64,000 nucleotides of DNA from Mobula hypostoma (lineage: Eukaryota). Of this stretch, positions 12,920 to 22,899 are shown piece after piece. The notes beneath the pieces are model-generated. The model was not told where the DNA came from. It made no database searches and worked only from the letters and a program-made list of their open reading frames with translations. How positions within the stretch are numbered: position 1 is the first letter of the stretch; every line of letters starts with the position of its first letter. The position numbers were made by a program, and so were the translations under genes. The stretch covers positions 70,682,001 to 70,746,000 of the forward strand of contig NC_086097.1 in assembly GCF_963921235.1 (NCBI RefSeq). Reading direction: 5' to 3'.

Positions 12920-14240
12920 TGTCATGGTCCGGTTCGTGAAATCCGCATTCCGGTTCACGGTCCGGTTCATCGATCCTTATTCCGGGTTTTCCTATTTTCC
13001 CTTGTTCCCTTGGGTGCCTTAATTGAGGCACCTGATTCTCGTTTTGGGCTGGACTGTTCCCTTCCCCTCCCCACCTAAATTCCTGACAGTTTCCTTGGCG
13101 GTTTCTTCAGCAGTTATCTTAGCAGTCACCTCAGCAGTCATCCAGCCCTGTGTCCAAGAAAGAGTCCCAGTCCTGCTTCCTAGAAAGCATCCCAGCCCTG
13201 TGTTCAAGAAAGGGTCCTGGCCCTGCGTCCTAGAAAGCATCCTGGCCCTGCATCCAAGAAAGGGTCCCAGCCCTGCATCCTAGAAAGCATCCCGGCCCTG
13301 CATCCAAGAAAGGGTCCCGGCCCTGCATCCTAGAAAGCATCCCGGCCCTGCATCCAAGAAAGGGTCCCAGCCCTGCATCCTAGAAAACATCCTGGCCCTG
13401 CATCCAAAAAAGGGTCCCGGCCCTGCATCCTATAAGGGTCCTGGCCCTGCGTTCAAGAAAGGGTCCCGGCCCTGCATCCTAGAAAACATCCTGGCCCTGC
13501 ATCCTATAAGGGTCCCGGACCTGCATCCAAGAAAGAGTCCCGGCCCTGCGTCCTAGGAAGCATCCAGGGCCCTGCATCCTATAAGGGTCCTGGCCCTGCA
13601 TCCAAGAAAGTGTCCTGGCCCTGCACCCCAAGGCGGGTCCCAGCTCCGTACCCAAGAGCCTAATCAAGCCGAGTCCAAGAACCATGTCCTGTCCTGGAGT
13701 TCCTCGTCCTGTGCTGGAGATTCCTCATCTGTGCTGGAGTTCCCTTGTCCTGTCCAGGAGTCTCTCGCCCAGCCCAGGAGTCCCTCATCCTGTCCAGGAG
13801 TCCCTTGTCTAGTCCAAGCCATGTCCAAGAACCTCGTCCTGTCCAAGTCAAGGCTTTGTGTTCTCATCCTGTGCAGGAGTTCCATGTCCAGTTCTGTAGC
13901 CACATCCAGTAATGTAGGCACTTCTTGTCCTCGCCTAGATCTGGGGTCCGAGCCACAGTCAAGACCCAGGTTCCGGGTCCCTGTCCATTCTCTGGCTCGG
14001 AGTACTAGCCCAGACTCCTAGTTCCAAGTTCCTTGTCCTGGTCCCGCTTTCCTAGTCTTAGTCCTAGCCCAGGCCCGGTGTCCTTGTCTCGTCCACAGCC
14101 TGTGTCCATGTCCAGCGTCGTTTCTTCCTGACTCCCCTTGCTTTCTTGATAAACCTTGTCCTGTTTCTGGTACTTTAGTGTTTGTGGTTTGCATTTGGGT
14201 CCACTTCCAGCGCACGCCCCCGCCCCCCCGCCGTATGACA
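12920..14240 (+). mobile_element. Solo LTR (1321 bp) with internal tandem arrays
   Basis: TGTCAT...ATGACA termini; flanks TTCAA/TTCAG (5-bp TSD, one mismatch); orientation inferred from GATAAA near the right end. Confidence 0.8.
13146..13655. repeat. ~20 x 24-25-bp minisatellite, partly alternating A/B units
   Basis: CCCTG starts at 13221, 13246, 13271, 13296, 13321, 13346, 13371, 13396, 13421; units CCCTGCATCCAAGAAAGGGTCCCGG and CCCTGCATCCTAGAAAGCATCCCGG. Confidence 0.95.
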
Positions 14241-15120
14241 TTCAGATCCTGTAGCTAGAAACTCAACCCCAGGAGAAAACGTTCCAACCAACTTCAGGGC
14301 GCTTAACTCCGCTGCAGTTCCTCAGCGGGGAAAAAAAATCAAAATGTAGCACCACGCATTGTTTCTGCAATGTCCATTATAGTGCTGAAGTACCGAGATG
14401 TTCACGATGTCCCAGATGTGATACTAACAATTTCACGCTGTCACTGGATTGACTTTTCTACGGTTTCTAGTGAAACAGCCAAGCGGCATGCGGCGGAATC
14501 CAAAGGGGTTGTCGAGCATTTGAAATGCCTACCAATCGCAACGGTCTCTGGAGTGACTTGGCTTGATATCAAATAGTTATCAGTTGGCACTGATCGTCAC
14601 CAGTCCTGGTCAGGCGGCCGTTTCTGTCGCATGGTGACTACATGCTTTGGGGGAGCTTCCGAGCTGCCATCCAAATGCAAGGGCAGAGCAGGAAGCTTTC
14701 GGCAAAACCAGACCTTCTACATTTATCTGAATTAAATATATCAGCAATAAATCCGCGGGTAGGTCCACTCCTGGTTAATACTGAAAATATATTAGTCCCG
14801 CTCTGAAGGTATATCCATAGAGAGAGACCTAGGTTTAAATATTGGAGTATCACGGCCACCCAAACGGTTCACACAGGAACGATAGTTATTCAAAAAGACA
14901 CCACCACCAGTCAAGAGAAATGAAACAAGGGAATTGTAGTAAAAGGTAATTTCCCTAGTCATATCTAGATCAGTCGATGAACGAATACAAAGAAACATAC
15001 ATGCAGAAAGTTCTTTGTGCTGAGCCAGTTTGAAGAGTATGGTTTCTCAGTTCACCAAGTGTTAACAGTGAGCGGGCACTCTAGTGATCCAAAATTAGGG
15101 ATACACGTATCATCATATTC

Positions 15121-15625
15121 ACAAGAAATCCTGCAGACGCTGGAAATCTTGAGGAACGCACAAAATGCTGAAAGAACTCAAGACTCTTTGATGAAGGGTC
15201 TCGCCCGAAACATCGACCTAGTATTCCCCTCCAATATGCTGCCTGACTTGCTGAGTTCCTTTTTTTTCCAAAACTATATAAGTTTATTTACACGACAAAT
15301 CCACAAGTACAAACATTCAGTATTTTACAAGACTGTGAATAAATTCAAATTAGAATATGATTACTACTGCCTATAAAATAGCCAATCCCCTGGGGGGCCT
15401 ACTGCTCCGGGAAATCCCCCGCTGTACCCGTTGTGACCGCATGCTCCCTCTCTAAGGGCAGCCCGGCACGGACGTATCCTTGGAAGAAGGGCAGGCAGTT
15501 GGCTCCGGCAGAATCCTCGACTTCGCACCGCCCGGACACGTGAATGGCCGGCCATCTTGGCCAGGTGCAGGAGCAAGCCCACCAGGAGATCCTCCTCGCG
15601 ACCCGTGAGTTCCTCCAGCACATTG
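15121..15625. mobile_element. Penelope-type palindromic repeat with degenerate hammerhead motif, interrupted by Tx1
   Basis: Left arm CTGCAGACGCTGGAAATC...CAAAATGCTGAAAGAACTCA is inverse to right arm TGAGTTCCT|CCAGCA; central TTGATGA-A-GGG-TCTCG-CCC-GAAA-CATC-GAC. Confidence 0.65.
15261..15605 (-). mobile_element. Tx1-clade (L1 group) LINE, 5'-truncated 3' end
   Basis: Minus-strand peptides EDLLVGLLLHLAKMA and CLPFFQGYVRAGLPLEREHAVTTGT resemble Tx1 ORF2 C-termini; AATAAA + poly(A) at the left end; 9-bp TSD TGAGTTCCT at 15252-15260 and 15606-15614. Confidence 0.8.
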
Positions 15626-16002
15626 TCTGACTGAAATTTAAAACCAAAGTTTCAAAATGTATCCTATTCTCTCGCTGACTGCTAGCTGAAACTGGCTCAT
15701 TTACCATTACACCTACACCAAACATCTGTACTGGTGAAGTTCAGATGGCGTGAAAGCAAACTGCGTACACTTTCTACAGGCCGAGGTAAGGACGGGACTC
15801 TCCTCTCCCAGCACCCTCTTACTGTAACACATTATCTGTTGCGCTAGTCTTGAGGACAAATCACGGGAAGAGAACTGAACTTTAGATATTTTGGCCCGTG
15901 CACCTCAGTGTCATACACTGGGATAGATGTACCCTGAACATTGGAACTTGTACCAAATAGAATGGAAAAGGCAAAGTAAGGATAGTATCTACTATGGTAA
16001 CT

Positions 16003-16089
16003 CCATAGATGCTGCCTGGCCTGCTGAGTTCCTCCAGCATTTTGTGTGTGCTGTTTGGATTTACAGCATCTGCAGATTTTCTCTTGTCA
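16003..16089 (+). mobile_element. Single arm of the same Penelope-type repeat
   Basis: CCATAGATGCTGCCTGGCCTGCTGAGTTCCTCCAGCATTTTGTGTGTG...CTGCAGA; flanked by GTAACT at 15997-16002 and 16090-16095. Confidence 0.7.
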
Positions 16090-17280
16090 GTAACTGGTGA
16101 AATTTAGCGCACTGTCCATGGGAATTTAAATATACAAACTTCGTGAACTCCAAATTAGACGCTAAAATCGGACGTCCAGGCACGCTTTTCTTTGGATGTG
16201 CACCATAATGGATTCTCTGGCGTGAGGTTTTGATTACCGATCACGTATACCACAAAGCGACCTTCACTTCCATCCTTGGCTTTATATTACCGACATCTCG
16301 AGCAAGAACAAAGATCTTCCACTAAAGTGGCCAAACACTTCTAAAGGCGTGGCCCATGATAATCTGCGGTGAGAATGTGCCTGTGGATTTCGCAACCGAC
16401 ACAGTGTTATGTTTGTTTTAACAAATTGGACAGTAAGGTGAAGGGCGTTTGACACGATAAATTCGTTACTATCAAACAACAAAAGTTCCCAAAAGTTATC
16501 TTCAGTAATAACCACTACATCGAACTCTGAAATCTACCGCTAGTGAGATAATCTTGCTGGCGATAGCTTGATAATGTTGACGGGTGGTAATTGCAGACCT
16601 CTCCCAATATCGCTTGGAATTTACCAGATTCAAAAGTGGCATACACGATTTAGACACGGGGCATTGAAGACTGTACAAGAGCAAATATCTGGCGGGAGTC
16701 GGCAGTCTGAAATAAACCATACTGGTTGCGGCTCAGACATTAATTACGACACCAATTCCTAGCCCACAAACCGCTCTGACAGCAAAACCTACAGTACTTT
16801 CTCACAGACCGCGCTCCGGTTGCTGCTGGGGTGTTACTGAACCGTCCATACTTCAATACTGTACCTAGCCAAGGACTTAGATTTCCTAAGACATGGTAAA
16901 TGCGAGCACTAGATCTGCTTTAATTTCTTTATACATCATTTGAGAATATTTATAAGGACGGCAACTAAGATAATAATTCTTCTAAATAAAAGTAAAAGGG
17001 GCGGAACTGCCTCAAACAATCATCTCAGAATGACAGTTGACAAATGCACGCGAGAAATGTTGATTATAGCCTTACACTACCCCAAGCCCTGCCCCTTGGA
17101 TTTGCAATGCTAATAGACCTACACTGGAAAAGCGATAATTACGAGGGGGAGCTCCCTTCTTTACCAACTCCCGCCTTTCTCAGGGCAGAGTGACTGTAGC
17201 GCTCTCCAAGTGACAAGTGTCTCACACCGGGCTACCCTGAGCCCGAATTGTTCACTTCAACAATCTTTTCATCTCCAAAA

Positions 17281-17630
17281 GTGAAGAGAGAGAGAGAAAG
17301 AGAGAAAGACTATTATAGGGACAGAGACTTGTGGGGGGGGGGGGCGGTAAGCAAGCGAGGATGGAGAGATAGAGATAGACGGTGACAGACAGAAACATAC
17401 AGGTATAAAAACGTAACAGAAGGCGAAAGGGAGATGGAAAGTACAAAAGCTCAGAGCGATATAGACAGGCAGAAATAGAGGGACAGATAACTCGTGGGAA
17501 ACGGAGACGGAGACACATAGAAACTCCGACAGTTTTGGAGAAAGATATAGAGTAGAGCGAGAGATAGAGTAAAGAGTGAGAGAGAGCGCTAGAGAGAAAG
17601 AGAGCAAGTAAGTAAGTAAGTAAAAGAGAG
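17281..17630. repeat. Degenerate GA-rich low-complexity tract with poly-G
   Basis: (GA)n, (GACA)n, (AAGT)n and a G run at ~17333-17344. Confidence 0.85.
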
Positions 17631-17898
17631 GGCGGAATTCACCTCCGTCCTATGGGAGCGCTCGACGGAAGGCAGGAGGCAGCAGCGGGGCGCCACCAGT
17701 ATCTGGTGACCGGCGCTCGGGTCGCCGCGCTGGGGGGATCGGCGCCCTCTCCCACACCTGCTTCCTGTCTGCCTTCTCACCCAGACCAACCCCGTGTCGC
17801 CATCTTCCGTGCTACTGGCCGGCCGCAGAGTGCGGAATAAAGTTCAGCGGGAGAGGGAGAGGGCGAGCGCCTTACCGCCGCTCGCACGGGACGGGCTG

Positions 17899-18096
17899 AT
17901 GAACGCCGCTCCGGCTCTGCGGCCGCCGAGTCCCGGCTCGCCCCCGTCGCCGACCTCGGGAGCGCCGCGACTCTCCGGCCAGGGCATCTCCTTCTATATT
18001 CAGATCGGCCTGAGTAGGGAACCCGTCATCCTCGAATGCAGCGACTTCTCCCTCGCACATGTCCGGGAAATGGCCTGTTCCATCGTGGATCAAAAG
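17899..18096 (+). CDS. PRKD1: Serine/threonine-protein kinase D1, coding exon 1 (66 codons, phase-0 donor)
   Basis: [12 protein letters not shown]...[38 protein letters not shown] matches the PRKD1 N-terminus (human MSAPPVLRPPSP...[15 protein letters not shown]...[16 protein letters not shown]) better than PRKD2/3; followed by donor AAG|GTAACG at the position where the human first coding exon ends. Confidence 0.93.
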
Positions 18097-18130
18097 GTAA
18101 CGGGACAAAGTTGGCGCGGTTAGCGGGAGT

Positions 18131-19990
18131 GGCGAGGGAGTGAGATGTGAAGTGGGGAAGGGAAAAGAAAGTCAGTGAGAAGAGAACAGGACACGAGAGA
18201 AGGGAGAGAGAGAGAGTGAGGAGAGGAGAGAGAACAGGCGGACGACAGAGAAGTAGGAGGACGGTGGGAAAGGAGAGTAGAGGAGGGAGAATAGAAAAAG
18301 GAAGGAGAGGAAGATAGAAGTAAAAAGAGGAGAGAGGAAAGGAGTAGGAGGGAAGAAAGCGGATGTAAGAGGAGGAGAAGTGGGTGAGGGAGGGGAAGAG
18401 AAGGGTATGAGGAGAGGAGGAGTGAAAGAGGCGGTGAGAGGAGCGGAAGAAAGGAATGAAAGGAAAGACGGGAGGGGAGGAAGGGGTGAGTGTTGAATAC
18501 ATATGGAGCTGAGGTGGAAAATGGAAGATCAAGGGGAGTGTGGGGGAGAGGATGGAGTGTTGTAAAAGTGAAGGATGGAACGTAATGAAATAGGTGAGCG
18601 AAGGTGGGAGGACATCAGTGCAGGGGTTGTTGAAGGAGCAGAGATGAGTGTGTGGAGATAATTGATGGGATAGAGGTAAGGCAGAGTTAGGGAGAGAAGG
18701 GAGGGCATGAAGATGTGGAAGGTAAAGGATGAAATGTGAAAGGATGGTGTGAAAGGAGGCAACGGAGATGAGAAGGTTAATGAGGGAGGGAGCATGATGG
18801 GTGGAGTGAAAGAGAGCTGCAATAGAGGAATGTAACTGGTGAGGAAGGTGAGAGGGGAGGGGGAAGTGATGAATGAGCTGAAGAATTTGAGAAGGAGATG
18901 TGAAGGAATGGAGAGATGCGTGAGATTGAAAGCAGTTGAAATAGGAAGGTCAAAGGATGCAATGGTAGTTGGATTGGGGTGAGGAGAGGAGAGATAGGGA
19001 CGGGTACTGGGTAATGGGAATAGAGAAATGTGAGCAGAATTCATAAAAGGATAGAAGATTGGCTGGTGAGTGAGGAGACATGAGGACATGCAATGTGGCG
19101 GGAGAAGAATGAGAGAAGGGAGAAGGGTGGAGAGAAGATAAAAACGTTTTAAGAGCAGAGGAGGGTGAATGAGTGAGGGTGGTAGGGTGGTAGGGAGGAG
19201 GAAGATGAGGGAGGAGGTAGGAGAGTAAGAGTGAAAAGAAGAGGAATGAGGAATGAGGAGTAGGGTGAAGGAGGGAAGAGGAGAATTTGAGTGAAAGTAG
19301 TAGAGGAAAGGAGGAAGAAATGGGGAAACAGGGACAGAGAGTCAAAAGTGGTTGGTGAATGAGAAGGAGGAAGAGGAGAGGGTAAAGGACTGGGAATTTG
19401 GGAGGAAGACAAGAGGGGAAAGGGGCCATTTGAGAGTGTGAGTAAGAAGATCGAGAGGATGACAGGAGATAAAGATAAGGGAGTGGTGATTAGGAATGGA
19501 TGTTGTGGGAGGGGGAGAAAGATCAGGAATGGAGTGAGATGAAAAGAGAGGAGTGAAGTGGGAAGAGTTGGAGAGAAGAGAATGGATAGGAAGCAATGGG
19601 TAGGAATGGGAAGGCTGATGATGTGGGCTAGAATCAATGTCAGAGAGATGTGGCTAATGGAAATAGAGGGAAAGCTGGAGTGGGAAGGGAGAACAGGAAA
19701 GAAAGGGGATTGAGAATGGATTAGGCCGTAGTGAAATGGGGAACAGATGGTGAATGGAGAATGAGATAGGCAGATAGAGAAGAGAATTAGAGGCAATGGA
19801 GAAGGACTGCAGAGAATGATCTGAGACAGGGGTGTTGACAGGAGGAGAGGGAGGCTCTCAGGGTGGGGATTGTTGGAGGTACTGGGAAACAGTGAAGGTA
19901 ATGGAAAAATGTGTGAGAGGGAAACTATAGGTTCAGGTTAAGAGACAAGGTGAATGGGGAGGGAGACTGAATTAGAAAGAGCAAGGGATA
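18131..19990 (+). repeat. ~1.9-kb purine-rich (G/A) strand-asymmetric low-complexity tract
   Basis: Plus strand is almost devoid of C; produces spurious S/P/L/F-rich minus-strand ORFs. Confidence 0.9.
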
Positions 19991-20759
19991 GGCTGACAAT
20001 AACTTTCAAGCTGTTGATAGTGGTATAACTCAGTAGTGGAGTTTTTACTGTGAAAGAGACTGCTAGAAAGAATGCAGCTTGTGCGGATATGACACAAGTT
20101 CACATTTGTTCTTTTGTGTGTGTTTGAGAATGTCAAGATTTAGTGCAGTTTGCTGTGTGTGTTCTTGTCATTGTCGCTCTGTGAGGCTTGTGAAATAAAC
20201 TCTAGTTATCCTGCTGCTGGTGTCGAGAGGGCTAGCTATCCCAGACCTCCCAGTCAGTGGCTGGATGTGTGGTGCTAGCATTGCAGCTCCTCATAAGGGG
20301 CTTAACTGCAGGTCTCTTCCATGGTGTGCATGTCTATTTGAAGAGTTTTGCAGTTCGTTGTAACAATTGCATTTTGAATCTATGTCATTGTTGTCTTACA
20401 AGGTTTACTGCATTTTAGGAGTTTCAATGTGAAATCGAAATTATGACCCTGCACAGCATTCAGAAAACATAGTTTTTGCAAGTTTTACTTTGAGGCTAAC
20501 CTTTTGTTGAAGGTGTTGTACAGAAATATTGCAGAATTCTTAAAATGGGGTTTGAGAATTCACAATACTTCTGGAAACCCCATGGGTTCAGCTTCGGGTG
20601 AATGTGGGACTGCTTGTGAAGTGTTGGCTTTGTCAGAATTGCGGAACTAATTTCTGCATGAAGTTTGATATTCAAACTTTGACTTTCCACAAAAAGTTTG
20701 TTTTACTTAATAATCAAAATTTGTAGGCAAGTATATTTTGAAGAAGATATAGGGGACTA

Positions 20760-21500
20760 CAAGAGATTAAAAGACCAGAGACTTCAACAGATTAGGCAAA
20801 GACCTGGCAAAAAAAAATCTTATCTATATGGTGAGCATTTGTAAAGTTCTGAGATGCAGAGGGGTCTGGATTAGGGACATTTAAGAGACATGGATGATAG
20901 AAAAGTGGAAGTTATGTAGGAAGGAAGGGTTAGGTTGATCAGAGAGTAGGTTAAAAAGTCTGCACAATATCATGGGCTGAAGGGCTTCCATTGTGCTGCA
21001 ATATTCTATTGTCTATAACCCAAGGACTACCTGTAATTAAGAAAGTTAAAGAATTGTTATTGTTTACTATGAAGAGAACCTAATATAAAAATAGGAGGTT
21101 ATGCTTTAGTGAGACCTGGTGTACTGTGTGTAGCATTGGTCTCCTATATGGAAATATGTTAGTGTGTTGGACACAGTTATGAGACCATTTTCTTGACTAA
21201 TAGTTGGAATGAATGGATTGTCATTTGAGGAAAAATTGGGCGGGCAAGCCTTGCATCCAGTTGCGTTCAGAAGATTGAGGGGGGCTTGAATTGAAGCGTA
21301 CGAGATTCTTGTTAGGGAGAGGACATAGCCCCTTGCTATCTCCCTCCAATGGGAGAATCTAGAACTGGGGCTACTATTTAAAATAAGTTTGTCCACTTAA
21401 GGCAGGTATGAGGAGATATTCTTTTTCATTATGTCATTAGACCACTTTTCTAAATGGGCACTACAAGCACAGTCTTTGAAGACTTCAAAAACAGAAGTAG
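20760..21500 (+). mobile_element. Decayed CR1 fragments (one 3' end nested in another)
   Basis: YCV*HWSP, GLSFEEKL, SRTG motifs; CR1 3'UTR GGGCTGAAGGGC...TTCTAT at ~20970-21015. Confidence 0.6.
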
Positions 21501-21504
21501 TTAA

Positions 21505-22035
21505 GAATCAGATTTATTATCATTGCCCTATAACATGAAATTTGTTGTGTCTGCAGTACAGTGCCAGGATATAAAAATCTATAATCTGCAAACTAAACAG
21601 TGCAAAATAAAAGGAATAATGAAGCACTGTTCATGAACTGTTCAGAAGACTGATAGCAGAGGCGAAGAAGTTGTTATTAAACCATTGAGTATGGATCTTC
21701 AGGCTCCATTACCTCTTTTCTGATGGTAGTAATGAGTAGAAGGAGTGACCTGGATGGTGAGGGTCTTAATGATGGGTACTGCCTTCTTGAGGCACTGCCA
21801 GTTGAAGATGTCCTTAATGTCAGGGAGGGTTATACCCGTGATGGAGATGGCTTTGCATCCTCTTATAATCCTGTATGCTGGAGGTTCCATATCAGACTGT
21901 GATGGAACCAGTCAGAAAGCTCTCTACTGTACATTCATAGAAATTTACTAGTCTTTGGAAGCATACCAACTGTCAAATTCCTGCTGGAGTAGAGTGACTG
22001 GCATACTCTCTTTATAAGTGCATTTATAGTCTAAG
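21505..22035 (-). mobile_element. Rex1/Babar LINE 3' fragment
   Basis: Minus-strand ITGITLPDIKDIFNWQCLKKAVPIIK. Confidence 0.7.
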
Positions 22036-22039
22036 ATGT

Positions 22040-22895
22040 TGACTATAAGATATTGGAGCAGAATTAGGCCTTTAGGTCCATCAGATCTGTTCCACCATTT
22101 GATCATGGCTGATTTTTATTTTCCCTCTCAACACCATCCTCCTGTCTTCTCCCCTTAACCTTTGATACCCTGAATTATCAAGGACCTATTAACCTATGTT
22201 TTAAATACACCAAATGACATGATCTCCACAGCTGTCTGTGGCAATGAATTCCACAGATTAACCCTAATCTAGCATTAGAAATTTCTTATTGCTTTTCAAA
22301 GGGGATGTTCTTTCTGTTCTAAGGCTGTGCCCTCTGATCCTAAACTCTTGGAAACATCCTTTTCACTTTCACTCTATCTAGGCCTTTCAATATTTGGTAA
22401 GTTTCAACGAGATCTCTTCTCATTCTTGTCATATGTTAACCCTTTCGTGCCCGGGATCATTCTTGTAAATCTCCCCGGACACTGTTGAATGCCAGAATAT
22501 TTTTTTCTTGGATAAGGGTCTCAAAGCTGTTCATAGTGCTCTAAGTGTGTTCTGACCACACTTATGTAATGCCGTGCTAGTGAGGCCAGAACTAGCAAGA
22601 TTAAACAGTCTAATATAGGGCAAAGGCTGTTGTTCAGAGGCCTGTGTATAACTCTAATCAAGGTTTTATTTTTATTCTTGCTGTTTCTTAGCTATGCCCA
22701 TAAGGATTCTACACCTTCTGATCCAATGTCACTTTTTGCTGAGGATTTGATTTCATCTTTTTTTTTATCAACAAAGCCACCCGAACCCCTCTGCCCACCT
22801 GCCTGTACTTTCTATATAATGTTGGATGTTAAGCTCCCAGCTGTGACATTCTTTCAACCACGAAGCGGTGATTCCTACAACATAATACCTGCCAA
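22040..22895 (-). mobile_element. CR1 fragments (3' end plus an upstream ORF2 piece)
   Basis: ATAAGATATTGGAGCAGAATTAGGCC tail and GGCAATGAATTCCACAGATT (reverse LWNSLP) motif. Confidence 0.65.
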
Positions 22896-22899
22896 TTTC

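Larger units (their letters stand above)
16950..18130 (+). promoter_or_regulatory. PRKD1: PRKD1 promoter / CpG island (densest at 17630-18130)
   Basis: High GC and CpG density around exon 1; GC boxes GGGGCGG near 16998 and GGGCGG near 17630; TSS not determinable. Confidence 0.75.

Noticed and set aside
13255..13325. AAGGGTCCCGGCCC in the minisatellite resembles helix II of the hammerhead motif at 55240
   Set aside because: No CTGANGA or GAAA in the required positions; treated as coincidence
13146..13655. Regularly spaced repeats resembling a CRISPR array
   Set aside because: No unique spacers (only 2-3 recurring variants), no cas genes, vertebrate context, and it lies inside a solo LTR
18097..18123. 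ORF track continuation VTGQSWRG* suggesting a short single-exon protein
   Set aside because: Read-through into the intron past the canonical donor at the conserved exon boundary
18026..19796. Long minus-strand ORFs (159-215 aa)
   Set aside because: S/P/L/F-rich products of a pyrimidine-rich strand that lacks stop codons; not genes
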